This document shows, piece after piece, positions 14,144 to 29,370 of a DNA stretch of 64,000 nt. A model generated the notes under the pieces. The model was given only the letters and a program-made list of their open reading frames with translations. It was not told the DNA's origin and did not search any database. The stretch is from Octopus vulgaris (Eukaryota), in contig OX597825.1 in the NCBI GenBank assembly GCA_951406725.2, forward strand, positions 27,714,001-27,778,000, given 5' to 3'. The position numbers were made by a program, and so were the translations under genes. Each line of letters begins with the position of its first letter. Position 1 is the stretch's first letter.

Positions 14144-14690
14144 ATTTGGCTCAAAAGCAAATAGCAAGGCCATGTAGGGAGACATGGAGTTAAGTACAGG
14201 GTGGTGTTCATGTAAAGAGTTCAGGCCACTTGAGGTCCAGGGAGGCTTTGAACAAAGCGGTCGTCGGCATCTTCACCATCTCGTCTGGCAGCTTGTTCCA
14301 CGGATCCGCAACCCGGACGGAGAAAGCTCCTCTCCTTCGATTGAGATGAAATCGTCGCAGGTAGAGCTTTTCGGAATGACGCCGCAGCTCTTTCGAGAGG
14401 TTACACTTCCCGCTTATGATGTTGTGGGCGAGAATGAGATCACCACGGCGGCGGCGTTTTTCAAGAGAACAAAGGTCGAGCGTCCTCAGCCTTTCTTCGT
14501 AGGACAAATTTTTGAGACCATGAACCATGCGGGTAGCCAGCCTCTGGACTCTTTCGAGGTGCTGTATGTCTTTGAGGAGATAAGGAGAAGAGGCTTGAAT
14601 CCCATACTCCAATATGGGTCTCACCAGCGTGACATAGAGTGGCAGGAATATGGCTGCTGTGAGCATTCCGAATGACCGTCGAATCAAAAA
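14123..14690 (-). mobile_element. CR1/L2-group LINE 3' end (ORF2 C-terminus with (TAAC)n tail)
   Basis: ORF 14208-14687: LYVTLVRPILEYG..ASSPYLLKDIQHLERVQRLATRMV..LSYEERL..LEKRRRRGDLI..FSVRVADPWNKLP. Has a short 3' UTR, a (TAAC)n tail, and (TA)n flanks. Confidence 0.92.
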
Positions 14691-14692
14691 CA

Positions 14693-14743
<51 letters not shown>

Positions 14744-14760
14744 TATGTATATCTTACAAC

Positions 14761-14965
14761 GTTTGACCTTAACCAGTTCAGCATGTCCTTTAGTGGTTGA
14801 AGATATGTGCATCTCTGATCACGAGCAGAAGTAGTGGTGGAGCATCATAGGGATGTGTTGAGGGGAATTCTTAGGGGTTGGGATAATTGGGGATACTGGG
14901 TTTCATATATTTTACAGACAGTGTCACTTTGATTGCACGAACTGCTTTCTCACTCAATAATAACA
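14761..14965 (+). repeat. Internally deleted copy of the 12760-13352 repeat
   Basis: Shares gtttgaccttaaccagtt..., atatgtgcatctct and ...cagtgt.actttg...ctcactcaataataa. Confidence 0.7.
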
Positions 14966-15393
14966 ATGTTGATGATGATGATGATGATGATGATGTGGAT
15001 GACATTCTACCTCAAATAATTCGGTGTATTACTGGTACGTTATTCTATTTATGAACGCTTGTGCAAATGCAAATTCAACCGTGACTGGACAACATAAAAT
15101 TGGTAATGAAAAAAATAAATAAATCAAATTCTGAAACGGTCTCTGCTTGGTAAACTATATACAATTTATTTTGCTTTCAGCTTTTCGTTGCTTCAATATA
15201 TATATATGGATGTGTGTGTGTTTGTGTGTGTGTGTTTGTATGCATGTATGGCTCTTTGTGTATATTTGTGTGCGATTGTGTATAACTGTGTATACTAATG
15301 CATACGCAGATGTATACATTGGCATATATATACATACATATACATGCATACATATACACACATACACACACACATATATACATATACAACACT

Positions 15394-15435
<42 letters not shown>

Positions 15436-15546
15436 CACATAAATATATGCCTATATCCAGATTGTATATGTGTGTAGTTGTATATATATGTATATATGCG
15501 TGTGTATCTATATGGTTGTGTATGCATGTATATATCTATGTATGTG

Positions 15547-15592
<46 letters not shown>

Positions 15593-15618
15593 TATATGTA
15601 TATATATATATATAAATG

Positions 15619-15664
<46 letters not shown>

Positions 15665-16032
15665 TTTATGCATGTGTACACAGCGTTGGGTATACACAAA
15701 TATTGTCTTAATAAGCACAGTCTATTCAAAAACGCAATGAGATGAAATTAACTAGGATATTGAACTGGAAATAATGTCGATCTATAGAAAGTTATGTGAA
15801 GTTCTATTATTCTGGGAGACTATTGATAAGGTTAGAGAGGTAACATGGTGAAAGAAGAATTATTTCGTTAATGGAAAACAATGAAAGAAAATAAAGAATC
15901 GAACGTTTGAAGTTATAGAATGTTAAACGTGTGTAAGTAATAATTCCTCTCATGCTGACCCCACGCCAAAGCCAGACATACTCCGCCACCAATGCCAACC
16001 AACCACAACAACAATAACAACACCAACACTCT

Positions 16033-16068
<36 letters not shown>

Positions 16069-16944
16069 CGCACATAGATACGCACTTTAATATAAAACCA
16101 AACATTACACACACATATGTGGTTGGATATATTCATCGGTGGGTGGAGCATGTTCTTACACAACTTATCTCGCTATCTGTTTTGCTCTCTGTTTCTCGTT
16201 TCCCTCTGCCTATCTACCTATATCTATACATATATACACACACACACACATACATATATTTGTTGATATTTATATGCTTGTGTATTAGTGCTTATTATTC
16301 ACACAAAGCGAGAACACTAACATACACACATACGTATATATCATGAGCTACCCTGCAGGGAAAGTTGTACTCTTATACATATGCACACGCAAACACGCAA
16401 GTATTGTTTACCACATTAACACACACACTTGTATACATTCTTTTAATCTCACACACACACACAGACGCACACACACACACACAGAGAAGCACGCACATTA
16501 ACATATAAAAAAAGTGATATTTATTATACATTACAATACAGACCCCAATGCACTATGTAAGTGAATCTAATGTGCAATTATCGCCGCCTTCTCACTGGCG
16601 TTACTCCTGGAACCAAGCGATCCAACTAGTTTGTGCTGAAACAATGAACGCTCCCTTGGTAATAATTAGAACGCTAAGACTTTTCAATAGATGTATAGTA
16701 GTTCATTAATTATGAACAAGATGAAAGGTAAAAAAAATATAAGAGTTTGTGGGATTAGATATCGCCAAAAAAAAAATGATTGTAAAAAAATAATGAGTAT
16801 ATAGCTTATGAAACTAAACAATTTCAAAGATGAATGAAAAGCCATCATTCTCCTTTCATTTTCTTCGTTTGTGAAGGCTGAATCGTTTGATATATGGTCA
16901 TGGGTATATGGAACAATAGCATATTAGTTTACGCATATATTGCC

Positions 16945-17004
<60 letters not shown>

Positions 17005-17071
17005 CATACATTATAATATATAGACGTGTGTATGTGTTCGTGTATTCCCATACATACACACACGCACACAT

Positions 17072-17116
<45 letters not shown>

Positions 17117-17608
17117 AAGGTATGAAAAATATATATATGTACACACATATATATAAGTATATGTACATAGATATACATATATATATATATTCATATATAT
17201 ATAGATATGACTGTATATATATATGTATTCATATATATGTATATATATATATTTTTTGTGTGTGTGTGTGTGTATGTATGCATATTTATATATATGTATG
17301 TATACTTGTACACATTCGTATAACTATCCATTTGTCTATATGTGTAAACACACTCATATATGTGTATGTATATGACCCAGACTGAGGAAGTTGATGTTTG
17401 TTGTTGCTTTCGTGCGTGGTGTGAGTGCCTAATCATATACAACACATGTATGTTTATATGAACATATGTTTGCAAGCTTATATGTATATACGCATATCTA
17501 TACTGTTCTAAAATCGCGCACACTTACTAACATACATGTTTGTGTGAAAACATTTTGGCATTTCTTTAAATACATACATAATTAAGCATGCGTGCGCCGC
17601 GCGTATGT

Positions 17609-17659
<51 letters not shown>

Positions 17660-18867
17660 GTGTGTATTCAGAAAATCATCAGTTTTCATTTGTTTATATA
17701 TTTGTGTGTGAATGTATGTTTGTATGTATAAATATATAAATGTGTAATAGAAGCACCATTGTTCCTAAACCGCTCAATGAGAGACGTTCCGCAGCAGCAC
17801 TTCAAGGTAAAACTATTTGACTCAATGCGACAGTCCCACAGGCGAATGTCATTGTTGCTATTCCCCAGGAAACATCGTCTCCATCTTGTTATTCGACACC
17901 CGATCTTTGTCCTTATATTTTGGAAAATGGGTGATATCCTTGGTGCAGTTAGGTATATTTGAAAAAGCAAAGAGAATGACTTCAGTGGTAGATTTAATCC
18001 GTATAATATATTAGATTTTAATTTTTTAATAACATAAAGTTTGATTCATATATCTAGTAAGTTCTTTGTTAACTTGGGTGTGAAGACTGTTTTATAAACA
18101 TTCATTGTTAACTCTTTTGGAAAACTTTCTCGCATTCTTTGTCACTCAGATCTGAGGATTTTAACCTCATTAACACCACCTCACCAGACACACACCTGAA
18201 ACATAGAAAGTTACTAAAAGAAAGAATTTGGAAAAACATATGGTCATTAAATTTCTGACTATTGAAATGGCTTCACAAAACAATACATTAACACCCTCAA
18301 CTCCACGGCCCCTCCAATCAATTATCTTGTGTTGATCAGTCATCGGTAGTCTTTCATTCCCACACTGATTAACAAACCCTAATTCCACCCCAAACACACG
18401 CAAATCCCATATGTTGAATTAGAAAGTCCCAAATCCTCAAAACAGCTGTAACCCAAATTTACACCATTAAAGGGAAAATATGTAATGATCATTATTTTAA
18501 ACTTGTTTTGATGTGTGTGTGCGTGTGCGCTAATGTGTGTGTTTGTGTGTGTGTGAGACTGTGTGTCTGTATGCGTGTGTGATTAGGTATATGGTTTCGT
18601 GTTTTTATTTACGCTTTCGTTTTGATTCTGTGATAAAAATAGCACTACCACTGCTGAGGTTTGATTAAATATGATTGTGTAGAGATATAGAGTGTACTGA
18701 ATAAGATGTACTAAACATGAGGTAGAATGTCGTTCAACGCCACGTAGACACAATTGATATATCTTAAAGATATTAAATCAAAATTCTTGACTGGAATACA
18801 AGAATACAAGCAATATTCTGATTATATTCGTCGTAATAGGAATTTATCACTCCACACACATACATAC

Positions 18868-18910
<43 letters not shown>

Positions 18911-19000
18911 CATACATACATACATACATACATACATACATACATACATACATACATACATACATACATACATACACACATATATAAATACATACATACA

Positions 19001-19370
19001 TGATTCTGTGCTCAGTTGTGGAAATTAGCAGCACACCAGATATTAAATAAAGCTGAAGATCAGTGAAAAAGAAAACACCTATGATGAACTATTGAGAAAT
19101 CTGTAGTTACTCTATCCAGATGACAAGTTCAGGTTTTTAACTATAATTGCTGGGGCCCTGGAATATGTAACACGCTTGTTAAATACCAATCTTGAGAAAA
19201 AGGCTTCACACAAATCAGAAAGGAGAAAGCTAATTCGAAGACTACAGATCCACTCCATCACTGGAACGGTAAACATCTGTAAAACTTTCCAGAAGTTTAT
19301 CATATATATATGAGCATGTCAAGATATGCAAGTATATTCATCAGATACTTAAAAAAAAACAAACATATAC
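19001..19370 (+). mobile_element. RLE-type non-LTR retrotransposon 3' fragment embedded in (TACA)n
   Basis: CSVVEISSTPDI/KISEKENTYDELLRNL*LLYPDDKFRFLTIIAGALEYV...KLIRRLQIHSITGTVNICKTF. Has an A-rich end and (TACA)n on both sides. Confidence 0.75.
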
Positions 19371-19619
19371 ATACATGCCTACATACATACATACATACAT
19401 AGATACATACATACGTATAAAATGCCCTGTTGTTGAAGTCGAATGTCCAATGAAGGAGCTTTGGATCTCAGTTATGAGTCGGCTCTTTCTCTATTGGCAA
19501 GAGATCTTTAAATAAAACTGAACAATAACTGATATACATACTCACATCTATACTTACACACATACGTCGCTTTCCTAGAGGCCTTCTGACAAATTCTCAG
19601 TTATTAGAAAGTGAAAAGA

Positions 19620-20195
19620 CCCAAGTTACACGATAAAAGCAACGTAGTATAGGAGTGCTTTGGAGATCCATAAAAAATTACGGTTCAAGAAAGTTGGCTA
19701 AAATCGATGGTAACTTGAATAGTGCCAAATACAACCAGTTGCTGAAGAACAATTTGATAGCAGACTTGGATGAAGGTGGGATTCTTCAGCTTGATGGAGC
19801 TGCATCCCACAGGTTGCGTGCATCACAGCAGCGATTAGATGACGAAGGTATTACCCTATTGTAAGATTGGCCAGCTCAGAGCCCTGACTTAAATATCATC
19901 GACCAAATGTGGAAAGAAGAGAAGAGTTCATCAGAAAAATCGTCGGAGCTCAGCCACAGATAATGAGATCTCATACCTGTGAAGATTGTGAAGGATTTCT
20001 ACGCATCTGTTCCCAGGGCATCTTGCAGCAATTATTCAAACTAAAGGAGGCCATACGAAATATTAACAGTGTACTGTAACTTCTTAAAGTGAACATTATG
20101 TAATAAATTTTCATTATATACATTTTTCTCTTTTAAAATACTATATCTTGATTGGTTTATGTAAGGTGGCCGAAAACGTTTGCACGGCCATTTTT
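19620..20195 (+). mobile_element. Tc1-like transposase remnant (DDE C-terminal half) with right TIR
   Basis: IDGNLNSAKYNQLL..ILQLDGAASH..LL*DWPAQSPDLNIIDQMW...KGGHTKY*. A TIR-like ggtggccgaaaacgtttgcacgg lies at ~20165-20190. Confidence 0.88.
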
Positions 20196-20868
20196 GTTGG
20201 TCGTTCGCTTCATCGTTTTTCTTTTAGAACTCCTGCTACAAAATATAATGATGTGGTATGGAAATGACTCCAACATCGCGAAACATCCACTTAAAAGTTA
20301 GCAATTAATAGAAGTTTATTATAGCTTAAACCGGCCGAAGACATTTGCACGGCACTGAACACACACACACACAAACATGCACACGTACACACACAAACAT
20401 GCACACGCACACACACACACACACACACGCATATAATATCTATAACGGAAACGTTACAGGGAATAAGATTCAAACTTCTCGAATTCATCGTAAGGATCAA
20501 GAGCCGTTATGCCGTCGGTGCTGGTTAGCAAGTAAGTAGAATATAGATTTGGGTAAGAAATCTAACTATATGATTACCATGTTCATTTAAGAATACACTT
20601 TTTTATGTATGTAGAAATGTAAATATTAAACATTCTGTAAGCTACAAAAATAGCTTGTGTCTGTAGTAGTTATATTTTGTAAAAGACGGCCAAAAACAGA
20701 TAAAGAAAGAAGTGAAGAGCAATCCAGCTAACAAGCTAATCTCATAGAAACTTAAACCAGTTCGGAATATATGTACTGTGATATCTAAATATCCCTTTAA
20801 AATCCTTATATATATATGTGTGTGTGTGTGTGTAAGTATCTGCGTGTCTGTTGTATGAGTGTGTATCC

Positions 20869-20968
<100 letters not shown>

Positions 20969-21077
20969 ATATATGTATACGTATATATATATATTAATAT
21001 ATATGTACTGGTATAATTGTATTATCTTCATATGTATGAAAGTATGTGAGTGTTGACGTCCGTATACACACACACAC

Positions 21078-21146
<69 letters not shown>

Positions 21147-21165
21147 GTATATATATATATATATA

Positions 21166-21202
<37 letters not shown>

Positions 21203-21543
21203 TATATACATGCACGTATGCATGTATATATGCCTCTACGTGTGTATAATTTAATTCACAAAATTGTTCGTGTCAATAAGTCTGGAGACGTAAAACGAAG
21301 CCTCAACCAATAAAGGAACAAACGATATATAAAAAAAAATTACAAACAACAATGCAGAAAAAAAAAACACACGATATAATAGATCAATCTGAAAATGGCG
21401 ACGTTTCTGTCAAGTGCATTGTCTACATGAATGCCATTTTATAATAGGTTGCTCAAACTCTAGTAGCAGTAACCTATCATATCGATTAAAGACTTGAAAT
21501 GCCAGACTCAATTGCCAACTTCCGCGATCAAATAATAATAATA

Positions 21544-21635
<92 letters not shown>

Positions 21636-22054
21636 CAATATCAATAATAATTGGGATAATAACGGCAATAATACTTGGTATAATATTATTATTATTATTA
21701 TTATTATTATTAAGAAGTGTAATAACAATTATAATCCTGTTTAGGAAATGATATTTGATAATTTGTCTATAACTATTATCGGTTTATTTCTGCAATTTCT
21801 TGTGGCTTCGGAGGTGTTTGTGTGTATGTGTACATACATACATGCATACACACACACACACTCACACATATATATATATGCCGTTTGACATTATATGAAT
21901 ATGAATGTATATATGTCTATATGCGTGTGTGTAGAGAGAGAGTGAGAGGGAGAGGGAGAGAGAGAAAGAAAGTCATATAGATTTATAGGTATATAGATAT
22001 GTATATATAAACATTTGTATATATTATACATATATTACATTCATCTTTATGTTT

Positions 22055-22408
<354 letters not shown>

Positions 22409-23304
22409 TTATATATATATATACAGGTATAGAAAGGTACACACACACACGCACTTACACACATTTATACACTTGAGAGAAAGCGCTAAATTCGTTTGTT
22501 TGTTTTTTCTCCCATATTTGGGTTGTTAACATTAGTATTGTTTTTATATTTTCTGTCATTTGATTTCGTTATTATTGTACTATATTTCGTGATTGTTCAT
22601 TTTTTTAACTGCCCCTTCTTTCTTTGTATTATTTAAATTTAGGTTCTGTAGAACATCAATCGTGTATTTTCTTTATTATTACATTTGATTCAAGATTGTA
22701 GAGACTAATTATGAGACCTTTATACAAAATGCAATTTGGCTACCTTTTTTTTTTTTTTTTTTTTACGAATCGTCTTGGTTTATGGATTGAGACAAATGTG
22801 ATCCTACTTTTTCTGTTTGTTTTCCCACATTTTTTTTAATGTTTATTTGGATGCTGCGATTCCATCATTTTTCAAAGCTTCATAATATTCTTTTTCCTTT
22901 GTGTGTGTTTGTGTATATCATTGATTTTGTTATTGTTAAGTTTGTTGTTCTGAGCAGGGAGGCAGAGCAGCAATTGCTTTTGTTGTTATTGGTCTGTCTA
23001 AGAGTTCGTGATCTTGATGGTCTTTGCCTTTCTGTTCTTGGTCTCCGTTACAATGTTTTCTTGTTGTTCCTATTGATTAATATTTAACCTTCAGTGATAT
23101 TGATAACTTTAGTCTCACCAAGTATTTTATTCATTCATTTATTTTATTTCGAACTTTTATGCTGACTATTCTGTCTATAATACATTTGAAATTTTTAAAA
23201 GGTTCACCGTTTTGCTCTACATTCCTTTAGCAGTTCTGTTACCCTGCAACTAAGTTTAATGAATAAAAGTTATATGAAAACAAGGCAGAAAATGCACGAA
23301 TGAT

Positions 23305-23884
23305 GGCGGCGAGCTGACAGAAACGTTAGCGCGCCGGGCGAAATGCTTAGCGGTATGTCGTCTGCCGTTACGTTTCCAATTCCGCCGAGGTCGACTTTGC
23401 TTTTTAACTTTTTCGGGGACGGTAAATAAAGTACTAGTTACGCACTTATATATAACCGTCTTAATCCGTTTGTCTGTCCTTGTTTGTCCCCTTTGTGTTT
23501 AGCCCCTTGTGGGTAGTAAAGAAATAGGTATTTCGTCTGCGGCTACGTTCAGACTTCAAATTCCGCCGACGTGGACTTTGCCTTTAATCCATTCGGGGTC
23601 GAAAAATTAAGGACCATTTACGGACTGGGATCGATATAATCGACTTAATCCGTTTGTCTGTCCTTGTTTGTCCTCTGTGTTTAGCCCCTTGTGGGTAGTA
23701 AAGAAATAGGTATTTTATCTGCGGTTACGTTCTGAGTTCAAATTGCGCCGAGGTCGACTTTTCCTTTCAACCTTGTTCAGGGTCAATAAATAAAGTACCT
23801 GTTACGCAGTGGGGTCGCTTTAATCCATTTTTTGTCCTTGTTTGTTCCCTCTATGTTTAGCCTCTTGTGAGCAATAAAGAAATA
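23305..23884 (+). mobile_element. Tandem trimer of SINE family B with an 18-bp target-site duplication
   Basis: Units 23305-23526, 23527-23708 and 23709-23884. TSD agaaaatgcacgaatgat at 23287-23304 and 23885-23902. Confidence 0.9.
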
Positions 23885-26442
23885 AGAAAATGCACGAATG
23901 ATATTATCTATTCATAAAAAATAGCCAACTTCCAAGTGTTAAAAAGTGTAATTTACGAATCTTCATTTGTATGTATACTGTTTTCTTAGTGTTACCATGC
24001 TAAAGATGAGTTATTACAATCATTAGAATAAAACACGGCTGGGATCAAGTTGTAATGAAATTAAGTTATCACAACAAAACATATTCGAAATCAGGTTTTG
24101 AGAACCATGACGATGGAATATGGGAATTGAGATGTGGAGAAAATTACTGGAATCTCCGGTTATTAGGTATGGAATAGTGAACATGTGTCTTTGGATGTTT
24201 AGTCATAATTATTTCGTCCCGTGAGAGACCGTGGAATGCAGTACTCTTAGAACACCAGATACAATGCTTAATGGTTTTACGTCAAATGCTCATACATATG
24301 GTCACGCACACGCTCACACACATGCACAGTCAAATGGTCTAACAGTTACTGGTTCCATTGATTCGCTTTTATGAAGCCTGCAAAATAGCAGCTGATGTAT
24401 TAGCATCGGTTGGATGGCATCTCAAAACGCAGTGAATCAGAACAAATAGCACACGCTAGGTTTTTACACCAGCAACAACACTATGATCCATGCATAAACA
24501 TATACGTGTGTGTGTGTACGTGTTTGTATGAATGTATGTCATCAGTGACGAAAAATCTAGCAAAACACTTTGCATCTCAAACTGTAATTACACTTTTATA
24601 GGTATAATTTTATTGTAAGAACGTGTTTTCACTGTCGATGTGTTGCTCAAATTTGTCTTTTTTATATCAATATCAAAACATCGTTGGCCGAATGTACGAA
24701 CATTTAAACCATGTCTATTTACCCAATGAAATTTGAGTACTAGTTGACGTGCATTTATTTAGAAAACACTGAAGATTATTCAACAGGCTCTAGATTAACA
24801 TGACGCTAAATATTACTCAATAGAAGAGAAATAATTTTATATACCGACGTTGTTAATGAGGAATAGATTATGAAATCATGTAGTGTTAGAACATGTTAAC
24901 CTATCAAGTCTTTCAGAAATTCTACATTGGACTGTCTCAACATTTCTTTTAGCTTTCAGTTATACTAATTTATAGAGAACGTTAGATAGATTCTACCAAA
25001 ACGAAAACTGTATTTATTGTCTGCTTTTAAATCCTTCTAAAGACATTACCAGTTTACAGGTGGTAATTCAACAGATGACTTGTCTAATAGGTGAAATCAA
25101 ATTAATAGGAACCATATTTATGGCATTTTTCTACTTACACTTTTATTGACTCACCATATTTTTCCTTCTCTCTGTATTTTGTTTAGCGCGGATTTTTCAA
25201 AGAAGCTTTAGCAATGCACTCAAGATATTTGCTGCAATGAAAGTTTCAAGAAAACTGTTGACACCCATTAGCGTTAAGTTGTTACGGTAGGCTTATACCA
25301 TCTACGGCTGGGATGACATTTTCATCTATACCGGTGGAATCGATGCTTGTAGCTAGCATGTGTAGAAATGCAAGGCTAAAGGACTCTTCTGGTTTATTTG
25401 TTTGCCTGTGTTCTATCAGGGGATTGAAACTAATTTTCATTTGTTCATTCAGCATTTCAATTTTCCTTTGGGGTTTCCAGTTAGTGATCAATTTCATTAA
25501 AACAATGGTCCTATTTTATGAGGCAATGAAGTCGATTCATTTTAGAATTTATAGAAAATTCTAGTATTCCTTTTTATGTTTTCTACAATCCTGGTTTCCC
25601 TTTCAGTTCCCGGTCTTTCATGAACGAGTTTTATTTTATTCTCGATTTATAAGACTGTCAATTTTAAAGTGAGTTATATTACTGGTGGAAATGTGTAAAT
25701 TTAAACGATTTCTGTTTCATGTCATTGTCTTGCATACACCGATCTCCAGGGCAATTCTGTCAGTAAATAGCTGTTTGAATTTATTTCCAGTCAACCTTAT
25801 GGAAATTCAAGTTCGTTAGAGTTCCAGTGTTCCTTGTAGCGCGTATATCTGCAAGATCCTTTGGGTTACTCGTTGTTAATTCCTGTTTGCATTGTTTAGT
25901 GAACACCCAGCTTACTCCTTCGTTTTGTATATGAGTCTGTCTTATATATTCGTAAAATAGATAACTTAAAGTATTGTTTAATTCAAGATTAATTGAGAAT
26001 TCGAGATTTTACTTGATACTTTTCGAATTCCTAGAAGAAATTTTTTCTCATTGTTCATAGGCTACTCACCCATTCTCCACAAATATCGTAAATACCTACC
26101 ATTTCGAATATTTCAGCTACATGTCATAGCGTTACACAAAATTCAGGTTAGTGTAAGTGTTGCGTTGTATATGGGTGCGTGTATGGGTGACCAGATTGCG
26201 AGCGTGTGTGTGTGAGACAAATCAGGATGTAGACAAGATTACAAGTAATAAAAGATAATGAAAGTGGACAAGCTAACTAGCTGATGATCAACAATTGAAC
26301 AGATATCCTAACGCTGCATATAATTTCCAGTAATTCATCACATACTTGGTAGACATTCACCAGTTAAATTTCCAAGGATGGAAAATTGAGAATTAATAAT
26401 AATAAATAAGAAGAAAAAGAAGGAAAGTAGTAGTAGTAGTAT

Positions 26443-26518
<76 letters not shown>

Positions 26519-26768
26519 CATGATGATGATAATAATGATGATGATAATGAAGATGATGATGGAGATAACACCACTTTCTACTCCATTATATTAAGTATAT
26601 AGCCATTTTGACTTCAAAAAATTTAAACCAGGTATGATAAAATAATAAAATTGTTATTATTCGTCTATCTTTAGGTTGATTAAAATACGCAACTGAGATA
26701 TTGTATCAAAGTTGTCATGGTTATATAGATTATAATGTATTCACATACACCGCATATATATACATATA

Positions 26769-26883
<115 letters not shown>

Positions 26884-27931
26884 ATGGTTGTATCAGTTTG
26901 CTTATGTCGATATTGCATAGAATGTTAATAAGTAAATTGGCTTCAATGAAGACACTAGTGAAAATGTTAATATTGTGTAGCCTTGTATTATCTTAGTTTT
27001 TTTAGGTTCACATGTGTGTGCGTGTGCTTGTGTGTGAGTGTTTCTGTTTGCACACACACACGTATATATATGGATGTGTGTCTGTATATGTATATGCGTA
27101 TGAATGAATTTACTGGAAGAAGTAAAGAGATATGGACGTAAAACACATATAGTATGTGTAGACGGATATTGCTCTATGTATATCTTTAACCGTTGTCTCC
27201 CTTGTTTATCTTTTCCGAAGTTATCTCCCCCTGTTTCACGCTACAGAGTTGTTATTTTTAAGCGTCTTTCCTTTCGTACAATTGACGACATATCTGTGCT
27301 TCGATTTGTATAGTTGCTACAAATATACTGTTTATGATTTACAAACATAAAATGCCAAAGCTATCTTTTTAAGTATCCACACGGTCGCTTTCGTCAGCAA
27401 CGTAAGTTGCAGCGAGCTGGTTTGGTTCAATTTTGTATTTATATTATTCTTTCTAAATTCAAATCGTTTGTTTAAATCAAATTTTCGGCTGTATATTCAT
27501 TATATTTGTATTATCAGTTTTGTGACACTCAGTAGCAAATGCTAATAATCTAGGAATATCTATTGAATATAATATACATTCATACATATAAACATACTCG
27601 ATACACATACTGTCACAGACACACACTTGCACGTACGCACACACGCACACATACACAAACATACACACACATATTATGCTCGATTTGGAGCCTTGTCACA
27701 TATAGCAAAAATTCGATATCTAAAGACCCATTAGAATGCATTTCACTTCACATCTGATCCCTCCTGATTGTTACCAAACAAGCGAAAATAAAAACGAAGA
27801 GGAACAGAGAAGATAATAAGGATTTGATTCCACTTGGACCTAAATGGATGAAGATAATGCATAAGCTTCGGTAATAGTTGAAATCTGAACGCAGAAAACA
27901 GGAGTGAATACCTGCAGCCACTCTACTCACT

Positions 27932-28044
<113 letters not shown>

Positions 28045-28198
28045 CAATTATATGTACAAATATATGTGTCTATATCTGTATGGCTGTAAATATGTATACG
28101 TATATATACATATAAGTTTATATATTCATACAAACATATATATATCATACAGATATATAGATATATGTTTATGTATATATACACACACACGCACACAA

Positions 28199-28231
<33 letters not shown>

Positions 28232-28254
28232 GATATACGTGCGTGTGTATGTGT

Positions 28255-28302
<48 letters not shown>

Positions 28303-29042
28303 ATACTCGCATGCGTGCCGCACACACTCACGCATATACTCATACGCACACACAAACACACACCACAAACATATTTATACATTACACACATGGAATAACT
28401 GAAGAAAAACAACGTTGCCTCAATGAATAACATAGCCATAAGACAAATCACAATAGACAATGCCTGCAAATGAAAGACACAGTAAAGCGAATATAAACAG
28501 AATGAATTATATGAAAATAGATAATTCAGAATATTAGTTTTATATAGTCAACCGAAAATGGGTGTTAAAGACACACTGGAAAACAGATAAATAAAAGCGT
28601 GGTTATTGAATAATGGAATACAATAATAAAGAGAATAATAAAATGTGTATAGTTAAACATATTTCCGTTGTTTTCGCTTAACATACGCAAACTTGTTTCA
28701 GAAAGCATATGTTCAATGGCTACCCATCAGAGACTGCACCTCGTTATGTAGGCTGTAGCGAATTTGTTATTTTTTTTTTTTACTTCTTTCAGTTATAAGG
28801 GAGCTGCCATGTTTTGGCACAGTGTTCAAGTGAATCTGTACATTTATATTATATCTATATCAGTGCATGTTATAGCCATTTATATTTATTGATCGTTTTC
28901 GTAGCAAATTAGCAATTTAAACCAGTAAGAATATCAACACATAGATACAGATTATATCTAAACATATAGACTCACATTTGACACAAATAAATACGCTTGA
29001 ACACTCGTATGTATGTGCTTCTGTGTGTGTGCCTCGTATATA

Positions 29043-29370
29043 TACGAGGGCAAGTCAAAAGTTATCAACAATTTCGCAGTAACATTTTTTATCATTGTCA
29101 CATTGCCTTTTGTGCATACGTGCTTATAATTGGTACTATTGTGGTCAAGTGTCGAAGTTTGAACCTGATCGAGTTATAACCCTTTTTTAAAATATTTTTC
29201 ATTTCTGGCTTTACACTGTAAGTATGGGCGCTTCACTAGCAATGTGCACCCAGGAAGAACAAATATAATTGATCCGACAAGTGTGGTGCACGAACAGTGA
29301 CCAAGACGCCCATCGACCTCCACGATGACGAGAAGATTCAGTAAGCTCGAGAGATGGTAATGGTGAACCT
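29043..29370 (+). mobile_element. Mariner-like 5' end remnant
   Basis: Starts tacgagggcaagtcaaaag, a mariner-type TIR. It carries a broken HTH-region frame MGASLAMCTQEEQ.../PRRPSTS..DEKIQ*AREMV. Confidence 0.6.

Noticed and set aside
14184-14675. 163-aa plus-strand ORF
   Set aside because: Antisense shadow of the CR1-like ORF2 fragment.
17750-18010. GC-richer stretch with a donor-like AAG|GTAAAA
   Set aside because: The acceptor is weak and no frame gives a recognisable protein.
19425-19530. Possible degenerate ribozyme-bearing repeat
   Set aside because: Both core motifs are non-canonical, so it cannot be supported from this copy alone.
23305-23884. Repeat array considered as CRISPR
   Set aside because: The units are ~180-220 bp SINE copies without spacers, in a eukaryotic context with no cas genes.
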